Source of the DNA: Octopus sinensis
Lineage: Eukaryota
Length of the DNA stretch: 64,000 bases
Direction of reading: 5' to 3'
Assembly: GCF_006345805.1 (NCBI RefSeq)
Contig: NC_042997.1
Location: 138,384,001-138,448,000 of the forward strand
Of this stretch, positions 1-10,976 are shown piece after piece. Made by a program: the position numbers and the translations under genes. Position 1 is the first letter of the stretch; each line of letters starts with the position of its first letter. The notes under the pieces were generated by a model. That model saw nothing but the letters and a program-made list of their open reading frames with translations, was not told where the DNA came from and searched no databases.

Positions 1-58
1 TGAACTCACAACCTTACGATCGTGAGCCAAATGCCCTAACCACTAAGCCACATGCCCT
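1..58 (-). mobile_element. tRNA-derived SINE head
   Basis: Reverse complement reads ggcatgTGGCTTAGTGGttagggcatttggctcacgatcgtaaggttgtGAGTTCA (pol III A and B boxes); related heads at 10994, 38963, 40808, 51516. Confidence 0.75.
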
Positions 59-269
59 CATGTATAATATATATACATATAATATATATATAATATATAG
101 ATATATGTATATAATATATATTATATATATATATATATGATATATATATATATATATAATATGATATATATATATATATAATATGTATAATATATATAAT
201 ATATATGTATAATATATATATATTATATATATATATAATATATTAATATATATGTATGATATATATATG

Positions 270-302
<33 letters not shown>

Positions 303-472
303 GTATAATATATATAATATATATATATATTTTATATAATATATATAATATATATAATATATTTTATATAATATATATAATATATATAATATATTTTATA
401 TATATGTATAATATATATAATATATATACTATATATGTATCATATATAATATATCTAATATATATAATACAT
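59..472. repeat. (TA)n-rich degenerate microsatellite
   Basis: Direct observation. Confidence 0.95.
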
Positions 473-477
473 ATAGC

Positions 478-996
478 GGACCTTGAAGCAATCCAGAGAA
501 GATTCACAAAGAAGATCGTCTCTTTGCAACTGCTCAGCTACTGGAAAAGGCTGAAATAGCTAAAACTCTACTCCCTAGAGAGAAGGCGGGAGAGGTATGC
601 AGTAATATACATCTGGAAGATCTTGGTATTGAAAGCTACAACAATGCAAGTATGGAACGACACCGCATAGTGCCAAAGATCCCAGCAACGCCTTCGCACT
701 TCAGGACTAGTTACTACAACAGCTTGAGTTTCAGGGGCCCACAGCTTTGTAATATTCTCCCAAAGAGCTTGAGGAACCTGCACAAAGTAGATGTAGGTGT
801 TTTTAAATCAAAGCTGGACCTCTTCCTGTCAAGAGTCTCTGATGAACCTACTTCAATGCAAGAGGTGCAAATGAGGGTAGCTACATCAAACTCCATTCTT
901 CACCAAGTGCCACACATTGGAGGAAGCTCTCAGTAATAACAGGGTAGCAAAACGGCAGTGCATCAGCATGGTCGCAGCTATGAGCTGAAACTGCAG
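478..996 (+). mobile_element. CR1/L2-type LINE 3' end (decayed RT C-terminus and 3' UTR)
   Basis: LEAIQRRFTKKI...SYWKRLK*LKLYSLERRRERYAVIYIWKI, then ...GPQLCNILPKSLRNL...FKSKLDLFLSRVSDEP; in-frame stop; ends in a short stem-loop followed by (TA)n. Confidence 0.85.
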
Positions 997-1001
997 AAAT
1001 A

Positions 1002-1063
<62 letters not shown>

Positions 1064-1200
1064 TACATATATGTAATGTACATGATATACATTATATTAT
1101 ATATATATTACATATTATATATATGTTATATATATCATATATATTATATAAATATTACATATATATGTTATATATTATGTATATATTATATATAGATATA

Positions 1201-3420
1201 TATAAATTAGAGAAAAACCACTATTATGCAATTCAAACAATGATAGACATAAACCAAAACATAAATGAAAAATGAAATATATTTTTTAAAACAACTAGAT
1301 CACAAAAAGTACAAAAATGAATAAACAATATATAAGTAAAAAAATCTACGTACGTTTCATGTCTATAATTTAAATTCGAATTACAATTAAATTTAAATTT
1401 AATCAAAAACAATTCAGTTTAAAATTATAGTCACTCTTCAGGTTAACAACAATAATAACAATAATAGTTAAATAAACAAGCAAATAGAATTAAACAATAT
1501 TTCTTAAAGAAATAAAATCATGATTTTCTTATAGAAGAAACTCCATTAACTAAATTTGAAACTTAAAACATTCGGACCAGTTACCTACAATACATTTATT
1601 ATGTTAAATATTTAAGGTAAAAAAATAGAGTAAACAGATAGAAAAACGTATTTATCTATGAAGAAATAATTTAGTTTAATAAAAAAAACAATAATAAACT
1701 ATAGAATATCTTTAACCTAGCTATACTCTAATATTTAATTACCAAACTATTTTACAAAACAATCACTCTTAATATTTTTAGATTTTAGTTCACATATAAT
1801 ATAATTATAAAATAATAAATTTATATAAAAGTACGTATCTAAATTATAATCAACAAATATATTAATTAAAAATCTACATTTTTTCAATCAATAAACATAT
1901 AAATAATTAGATAAATAAATTACTCCTTTATTACTTAAATAAATATTATAGATATCATTCCGAAAATATTTATGAAATAAAAAATAAAGCTAAATATTTG
2001 TAGTTTTCATTGATAAAATGCTTCCATCTGTTTGTTCTATTTCTTTAAGCCACGTATTCACGAGTAAATTTATAAATGCTAAGTCATACGTTTTTCATAA
2101 TACACCTTTTGGAGAGATAAGTAGACATTTTTACTTAAGAAATATTAATGTACTCTATATAAGTATTGATTGTTAAATATGAATTTCTAATTTTTTTTAT
2201 TTGTTAATGATAATTTAGATACATACATTTATTTAATTATTTTTATTTTATAATTATTATATCTGAACATAAATTGTGAAATATTAGTTTGTCACTTTGT
2301 GATTTAGATAGTGAAAATGTTTTAGTATAACTAAAAGTTCTTATTATATTTCTAGTACTATTAAATTTAATAATAATAATAATAAGTACTTTTTTGCAAG
2401 TAATTTTATAAACGATAAATTATACGTTTTTACTTTGGGATTTTTCATTTCTTATTTTTTATTTCATAAATATTTTCAGAATGATATCTATAATATTTAT
2501 TTAAGTAATAAAGAAGTAATTTATTTATTTATATGTTGATTGATTGAAAAATAGGGATTTCTAATTTCTATATTTTTTAATTATAATTTAGATATGTACA
2601 TTTATTTAATTTTATCATTTTATAATTATTATATGTGAACTAAAACCTAAAATTATTAAGTGTGATTGTTTTGTAAAATAGTTTGTAATGTAAAATATTA
2701 GAGTATAGCTAGTGAAAAGATATTCTATAATTTGTTAATGTTATATTTAAAACTAAAATATATCTGAGATCGTGTGCTGGAACGAAAACAATTGCAGCAT
2801 GGAAGGTGTTTATAAGCCATTTAAGAAACACATAAAACCGATAGATTCACTTCAACATTTAAATTTAATTTGTCGAAATATTTTTGTCACTTTAAGACCG
2901 CGACCTGTTCACTGACAAAACATCGTATGCAAGTACATCTCCATAAAATATATCTTCACAGATAAATACATTTTTCTATCTATTTATGCTATATTTTTAC
3001 CTTAGGTTTGAACATGATAAATGTATTATAGACACCTGGTCCTACTTTTTAAGTTTCAAATTTAGCCAATGGAGTTTCTTCTATAAAAACAATCATGATT
3101 TTATTTCTTTAAAAAATATTGTTTAATTCTATTTGCTTATTTATTTAACTATTATTGTTATTATTGTTGACCTGAGGAGTGACTATACTTTTAAATTAAA
3201 TTGTTTTTCGATTAAATTTAAATTTAATTGTAATTCGAATTGAAGTTATAGCCATGAAATGTATGTAGTTTTCTTACTTATTATATATTGTTTATTCATT
3301 TTTTTGTTCTTTTTGTGATCTGGTTATATGTTTTATAATATATTTTATTTTTTCTTTATGATTTGGTTTATGCCAGTCATTGTTTGAATTGCATAATTGT
3401 GGTTTTTCTCTAATTTATAT
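1201..3420. mobile_element. AT-rich fold-back structure made of inverted PLE-type terminal repeats
   Basis: 1201-1990 is the imperfect reverse complement of 2455-2760 plus 2945-3420; the right arm is interrupted by a different repeat (about 2765-2945); each arm carries a CTGA(A/G)GA...GAAA(C/T) core; flanked by (TA)n. Confidence 0.7.
1343..1445 (-). ncRNA. Type-I hammerhead ribozyme-like motif
   Basis: aac-CUGAAGA-[GUGACUAUAAUUU...AAAUUAUAGACAU]-GAAAC-GUAC-GU-A-gauu: complete core, helix II 12 of 13 positions paired (one G-U), palindromic helix III (ACGUACGU), GUA cleavage triplet, very short helix I. Confidence 0.6.
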
Positions 3421-3454
3421 ATATTATATATTTATATTGTGAAATTTGATTTAA

Positions 3455-3674
3455 TCCTTTCATTACCAACCTGGCTGAAACTGGCTCTGGCTCTGAGTAC
3501 AAATGTCTTATTTTCATAAGTTTTGAATTAAAATCTTCCACCAAACCTTAGTCATAATCTATGTTCCTAACACTAGCTTAATGATAACTAAGTTATTTTA
3601 CAAAATTCTTTGTTATATTTTAAGTAATTTAAAGTATCACAGAGCATCTCAAAATAAATGCAGTAACAAAAGGG
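3455..3674. mobile_element. piggyBac-type MITE (family A)
   Basis: TTAA on both sides; ends tccttttcattacc / cagtaacaaaaggg; related copy at 21231-21448. Confidence 0.75.
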
Positions 3675-3723
3675 TTAATACTAAATTGAATTTTTCCCTG
3701 TAAGTTTGGAGTTATACTCCATA

Positions 3724-3775
<52 letters not shown>

Positions 3776-3778
3776 TAT

Positions 3779-3873
3779 AGGGAGAATTCACAAAAAAACA
3801 AAAGATGAAGACAGGTGGTGTAGAAAACAAACAAATGTATTAATATAAAGCTCAGGAATTGAAAGTCTTTAAC
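3779..3873 (-). mobile_element. PLE-type terminal repeat fragment
   Basis: gggagaattcacaaaaaaac...ctcaggaattgaaagtctttaac; same family at about 41700-41830 in the opposite orientation; adjoins the PLE coding remnant. Confidence 0.5.
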
Positions 3874-4322
3874 ATATATATCTATATCTCTCTATATCGT
3901 TCATGTTGAAGATAATTATTTGGTTATCATCTGTGGTGGTGGTGGTGGTATTGGGAATGCCAGATACTTCCTCCATGTTGCTGTTCCTTGATTGGTCACC
4001 ATTTCTAGGTGTGGCAGTTGTACTGGTGGTAAAATACGTTGCAGGTCTGGTCACTCTATCTGTGTCTATGCTTTGTTCATTATCTATGGCAGTGGCACTG
4101 GGGTGAACAGTGATGCTGGTCCTGGACTGGTTATTATGTCTGGGTGTGGTAGTTGTACTGGCGTGAGGTCTTGTTAATCTGCTAATATTGCTTTTGGATG
4201 GTACTTTACTGTTAATATGGATAGCAGGTCTGAGTATCACTGTAGCCTCATAGATGACCCCTTCAGCCTCACATCAGCCTCCTACTGGACAGTTATTGTA
4301 TACCCTGCAAGAGCAACCTGGT
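3869..4322 (-). pseudogene. Penelope-like element coding remnant (Cys-rich motif that precedes the GIY-YIG endonuclease, then a Thr-rich low-complexity stretch)
   Basis: Minus strand PGCSCRVYNNCPVEG*CEAEGVIYEATV matches the CxCR..CP..G.C....VIY.ATV motif of PLE proteins; contains a stop. Confidence 0.7.
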
Positions 4323-4689
4323 ACGTGTTAAAATGATTTTTATGTTAGGTGCACAACTAAAGGGGACTCTTAGGTTGTGTCTGTTAAATAAATACCTGTA
4401 TCTATGTGTGTGTATGAAATGTGTGTCTATCAATCTAAGGAAATTTCAGACATTGTGTCTATAATAGAAAGGATTATTATTATTATTAATACCCATGCCA
4501 GTTCATGTAAAAAGCATCTATGCTGGTGTCACATAAAAAGCACTCAGTATATTTTGTATACTGGCATTATGAAGGGCATCCAGCCATAAAAGCCAAGCCA
4601 AATCAGTCTGGAACCTTGTACAGCTCTCCAGCTAGCTCTTTTCAAACTGTCCAACTCATGCCAGCGTGGAAAACTGATGTTAAATGACG

Positions 4690-4873
4690 ATGATTCGCCC
4701 ATCACTACATGTATTTTGCCCCTTGCTATGTTCTGAGTTCAAATTCCGCTGAGGTCGAATTTGCCTTTCATCCTTATGGGGTTGATAGATTAAGTACCAT
4801 TTGAGTACTGGGGTCGATGTAATCGACTATCCCATTCCCCCAAATTTCAGACTTTGTGCCTATAGTAGAAAAG

Positions 4874-4925
<52 letters not shown>

Positions 4926-5140
4926 GAAATCATTAGCAGAATCGTTAGCATGCCAGATGAAATGCATAGTGGTATTTTGCCCGTTGCTATGTTCTGAGTT
5001 CAAATTCCATCAGGGTTGACTTTGCCTTTCATTCTTTCAGGGTTGATAAATTAAGTACCAGTTATGTACTGGGGTCAATGTAATCGACTGATCCCCTCCC
5101 CTAAAATTTCAGGCTTTGTATCTATAGTAGAAAGGGTTAT
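4690..5140 (+). mobile_element. Two tandem tRNA-derived SINEs separated by (TTA)n; central domain gcctttcatccttt.ggggtcgataaa.taagtacc (recalled as Meta/MESC-like, unverified)
   Basis: B box gttctgagttcaaattcc; about 25 recognisable copies of this family in the window. Confidence 0.8.
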
Positions 5141-5603
5141 TATCATTATGAGAAAAAGAAAGAAAGAAAAACCAAGATTGTAATCAAGAAGAATTAACCA
5201 TCTTCATCTTTGAAGTTCTCTTGAAACTACCAGTGTTACACTACCAGATATACTGCTCTCAATCATTTATGTTGTAATATCACAAGTGTTCTCACAAAAT
5301 ACTTTAGTCTACTTATCTCCACAGAGATCTAATCCTTTCTGACAGATAAAATAATGGAGTTGCTCTATAATTAACTAAACCCTTTGAAGGCTGTTCCCCA
5401 ACATGGCCAGAAAGTTCAATGACTGAAAGTAGTAAAACACAATGTCTTTGTGTGTGTGTTCATACAGTTTCTCCATTTTTGTTTCATGAATGCAGTTTTG
5501 TCTTTCATTTTACAGTCATTAAATTTTTTTTTTTGTAATTCTAATGATCTTGAAATTATAATGTAAAATCGTTTTTTTTCCCCTTTGGAATTTTGATTTT
5601 CAG

Positions 5604-5724
5604 ATACGACTTGCTTTCAAGGATTTTTTGGATTTGCTGATATGCAACCAATCTTACGCCATTTCTGTGTGTATCATTTGAATGCCCCCGGCCAGGAGGA
5701 AGGAGCTCTTCAGTTGAGACCAGA
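5604..5724 (+). CDS. NDRG: NDRG coding exon (121 nt, phase 1 to 2)
   Basis: ttttcag|AT ACG ACT TGC...CCA GA|gtcagt; TTCFQGFF...[13 protein letters not shown]. Confidence 0.95.
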
Positions 5725-7170
5725 GTCAGTATTCATCTTTTTTTCTCTACTTTCTAAATATTATATATTGCTGTAAATTGAAGTCAGTGTATTCTGTATG
5801 TGTGCAATTAACATAATAGTTTTTGGAAGTTCAGCTCTTTTAAAAGAGTTCTCTTTGACAAGAAGTGGAATATTTTAAATATATTGTTGCTGCATATTTG
5901 AGGACATTTAAATAACAGGAAGCCATTAACCTCCATATGTTGCTGTTTAGAGCTTGGACATCAACTCTGATTGAACAAATTTATGATCAAAAGTTTTCCA
6001 GTTGCAACCATCCTGTCATTTTTCTTTCCAAGAATAATGTATACGGAACCTGTTATCTTTCTTTTACAAGAGAGTAGGTTGGACTTGAGGGAAATTTAGC
6101 TGCTTTATCTATAGATTGTAATTGCATGGAGGTTCTCTTATTGACTTGCTGGACCTTCATCTTGTTTGGCAGTGCTACTTATTTAAGCTTATTTCAACTG
6201 CTATGAATTTATGAGAAATTGATCTTGTTTTTTAATGTTGATTAGATTGAAACATTTTAAAATGAATCTAGTCAGCATAGATTATATTTCAATAATGATA
6301 TGTAGACAAGTGTTATCCTGCAAATGAATGTGTGTGCATATGTTTAGGTTAAATGCCACACTTGAAAATATGTATGATTCAACCATTTGGAATTGGTACA
6401 TTGAAGTTACCAGAAATATAATTGATTTTATAATTTGGATTGACAACCAAAGTGAATGTTAGGGTATAAATCAGTATCCATTAGTAATACTTTGACTAGA
6501 ATTTAATACTTAGAGAAAACAAAATTTTGGTTCCCAACCAATATCTCAAGCAACAATATATGTAAATTAAGGCTTTCAGAAATTTAATGTTTCATCTGAT
6601 AGATTTATTTGAAAGCTGTTCAAGTGTATGTGATATTGTACATTTTGATGCTATCGTCTACCAATGTACTGCTATGCATGCACCTCCCTATATATTGTTG
6701 TACTCATGTTGTTAAAAGCCAAAAGGAAATTGATAGCTTTTTTTAATCATTTACTTTTATTTTAAAATATATGTATTTTTCTTTTTGGCATTTGAAAACT
6801 GTTGAACTGTATTTGTAATCATGTGAAACCTTTTTATTTTTAGAACTTGTCTTTGTTGTTATTTTTATAATTGCATTTGTTCTTTGAAGTGTATCAGTAC
6901 AAGTTTCCCACTTATTTTCTCATATAACTACAGTTCTGTTGATAAAGACAAAACTACCCAATCCAAAAAGCAAATTGATTATATTTTGTTTTGATCACAC
7001 ATAATATTTTATTGTTAAACCTCAAAAGATTTTATTTAGAAATAATAAATTACTGCATAATATTGTTGCCTAAGTTATCAAAATGAGAGATTTGGTAATT
7101 GAATGATTAGGGTGTTAAATTTAGTGCAGATTACAGATTCCTGTTCTTCAGGTTGTGCTCACACGGTATA

Positions 7171-7219
<49 letters not shown>

Positions 7220-9949
7220 TATATATATATAAATATATATAGTGGCTGAGGAAATTTCTGTATGGGTTTGATAAATTTGCAGATTTAGACATTTCTATAA
7301 TTATTGTGAAAAAATATTGTTATGGCCTGAAAACTTTTTAGATATCAGCTTTTATTATAAAAAGTTATCAGTTTGCTTTTAATCATTACTTCAATACATT
7401 CGCTCTATTTATAATTGATTCATTTCTGCTGTATTAGTAATGTTCACAGTTTATCAGAAATACCTGGCACTGAATTAAGAACAATGAAACATTTGATCAA
7501 TCATTATGTTCTGTTCAAGCTGTGCTACTAGCTTTAATTTCTGCTGTTGAGCAAAGCGAAAATACTCTACATTACTTTATTAGTCAGTTAAACTCAAATA
7601 TAATATTCTCTTTATAACTGTGTGGTTAGTATTAGAAACCTGTCAGTAACATATTTGTTCTGTCATATAATTATCTGAATAATCAAAACCCGTATAACTC
7701 CCAGGAGCATAAAAGGCTCTGTAAAATATGCTTTGCAACCATATGGTTTTGGATTTAGTCTCAATGCCCTGCATTAATGGCAAGAATATACTTCTGTAGC
7801 CTCAGGCTGATCAATGCCTTGTGAATGAATTTAGCAGATGGAAACTGTGTGGAAGCCTGTCATGCACATATGTGTTTGTGAGTGTGTGTCTGTGTATTTT
7901 TGTTTTCCACTGCTTGACAATCAGTTTTGCTTTACTTCCATCCTTTTAACTTAGTGGTTTTGCAATGAGAGACTGATAGAATTAGTAGATGGATTAAAAA
8001 AAAAAAAAGGAAGCACTTGGGTAGATTTGGTTGAGTGAATCTTCAAGGCATTGCTCCTGTATGGCCACAGTTTAGTGACTGAAACAAATAGAAGGAAAGA
8101 ATCTGCAAGAATATTGCTGGTAAAATGCACCCAGCACATTCTATAATGTAGTTGTTGGTGCTATAGAAACCAAGCCAAATCAGAACCTAGTACAGCTCTC
8201 CTGCTTGCCAGCTCTGGTCAGTCTGTCCAACCCATGCCAATATGGAAAATGGACATTTGATGATGATGATTTATAAATGGTCTCAAAAATCTTCAGATGT
8301 TGAACCCATGTCAGCATGGAGAAAACAAGTTTAATGATAACATCAAGGAAATAGTTGGGACCAGCTTTTGTTCCATAATCATATACTCCCTGCGATTTTT
8401 CTCCTTTAGTTAAAATATATAATAAAATCAAATAGTTAGACTTCAGTTGGATTTTAAATTTTGTTTTACTTTGAAAAGAGGGTAAAATGACTTACATGTT
8501 AAATGGTTTGGCAGAAGAGCCTGAGGTTACCTGTCTGAAGAACACAGGCTAGTTTGATAATAGTAAAAGAAGCAGATGGACAATACATTCTGTTGGGAAG
8601 AAGTTCTGTCTTCTTTGCTTCAAAAGCTTTATGCAATTAGAAATCTCCTTCAATAACAGAACATGCAATGTTTAATTAAGAGGGAAACTAAATTTTAGAG
8701 TAGAGCCATGGCTCTTAGCTGACTGCTGTGAACTGCCTTCTAACATGTGGACAATAAATATTTGATAATCAGCCATAAAAATTATATATTTATAGTTCTT
8801 CAATTTCACTATTGGTAGACCATATGGACTGTGTTGTTACACAATTCTTCTAATCCATGGCTAACTTCATCTTTTTTAATTTTCATTACTGTAAGGTCTG
8901 TTTAAAGTTTAAATGGTTATGTATTCTAATTGTTGGATACAATTTCAAATTATATTTATCTATTTTCTGTATGGCTTACATTGTAAAATAAATAAAAAAA
9001 AAACTCAGAGAAAAAAAGAAAAGAAAAAATACAAAAAAAAATGAGATCCCTCCTAACAGAATAGCTTCTTGATATAATGTATATTCTTATATAATTTGCT
9101 AAAGTTGAAAGCCTAGTGTTACATTATGACTAGTTTCATCTGCTGTAAGATCCATACAGTTTTCAAAGGTATGATCTGCACAAGCATGTTGAAATCATTG
9201 GTTTATGTTTTCAGTTCTTTTCAGCCATTCACTGGTGATTTATACGAAAATTAACAAATGGCTTTTTTTTTTCCATACTGAATTAATGCGTTATCACTAC
9301 GGTTGGAATTATTAGTTCTACACTGTACGTGAGCAATCTATTTCTGCACAACTAGTTTCAGGTTTTAAGCCTCAGTATTGCTGCTTACAACACAAGTTGT
9401 ATGCTAAAAGAATTCTGTAGATTCTCTAATATTTTACTGAAGTACTCACTCTAAAAAGACACTGCTGCATGTGAAATAACCTGCCTTTCAGTCTAGCATG
9501 TAATAATACATAGGTTTGCTTTTCACCCATCCACTCCATTCAAACATTCATTTCCTTCAATTAGTTTTGTTATTTCTATCATTAAATGTTGTAGGATAAT
9601 TCCTTTTTGTCATCCAGCATGATTTATTTTTATTTGCAATTATTCAACATTGTTATTGGTCTCCTAATTTTCTCAGTGATATACTATAAAAAAAAAAAAA
9701 ATTAAACAAAAACAAAGATATAGATATTCCAACATTATTACTCCTTTAACAGATTTTTTTTTTGTGGCTGTGAGGTTAAGAAGCTTGCTTTCCAACCACA
9801 TAGTTTTGAGTTCAGTTCCAATCTGTGACATCTTGGGCGAGTGTCTTCTACTATAACCTTGGCCAGCCAAAGACTTGTGAGTGAATTTGGTTGATAGAAA
9901 TTGAAAGAAGCCCATCGTGTGTATGTGTGTGTGTGTGTGTATATATATG

Positions 9950-9984
<35 letters not shown>

Positions 9985-10285
9985 GCATGCATAGTTTTGT
10001 GTATGTGTATCTTTGCTTTGACATCATGTGATAGTTGTAAACAAATGCCACCATCATACAAGTGGTGTCCTTAATTTTCAGTCTTCTGTGGAACTGTCTG
10101 GCCATGGGGAAACAGATGAGGGTTGGCAACAGAAACAATGTCCAACTGTTGAAAATCTGCCTCAACAAATCCCATCTGACTCATGCTAGTATGGAAAAGT
10201 GGATGTTAAAATGAAGACAGTGATGATGAGGAATGCTTACACAGTGTTATTTCTCTTTCTCTCATACTTTCTCGCTCAACCTCAA

Positions 10286-10322
<37 letters not shown>

Positions 10323-10926
10323 TTTCCTACATGCACATTTTTACCCTTATTGTTTTAAAAATCTTGAAAACATTTGCTTTGTTTTTGTTACTGGAGCAAA
10401 TAACTGAATTTTTTTTTTAGAATATCAGTGAGAAATAGTTTCTCTTGAGTATCTAGTTGAAAAAAAATTTCTTGTCCAGTCATGTCTTTGCTATTTTGTT
10501 GCTCTAAGACTATATGTAGTGTTAAGCATATGTGCTGTTTTAAATATTATTAGGCAAGATGCCCTTGGTAATCCTGAAACCCTTAATGGGAACAGGTCAG
10601 TATGCAGTTCTTCTTAGATTGTAGTCTTACACAACTAGCGTCTTGCTTGCTATCACCTTTACAGCAGTTTCTTTTCCCCCCCATCCTGCTTTCACTGCTA
10701 TATATATATTATTATTATTTTAAAATTTACCCTTCTGTTTTCTGAAGTGATGATAATCCTAGTTAAAATAGTTGTTTAATAATGATTATATATTTTATAC
10801 ATTGCATGTTAATTCTATTTTTAAATTCCAAATTTAACTTGTAAATTCTTCATTTTCAGGAATATTATTTTTTAATTACTGTTTAATTCCTTTTAACCTG
10901 CCCCTTTATTATTATTATTATTATTA

Positions 10927-10976
<50 letters not shown>

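Noticed and set aside
1660-2760. Very AT-rich block considered as a mitochondrial control-region insertion (NUMT)
   Set aside because: No mitochondrial gene or tRNA was recognisable, and the block is explained by the inverted-repeat structure.
1-5603. Search for the upstream NDRG exons (LTxHDIGLN motif)
   Set aside because: Not found; the 5' exons must lie upstream of this window.
6348-6371. 24-nt AG...GT segment in phase (LNATLENI)
   Set aside because: No polypyrimidine tract; expected by chance in a 14-kb intron.
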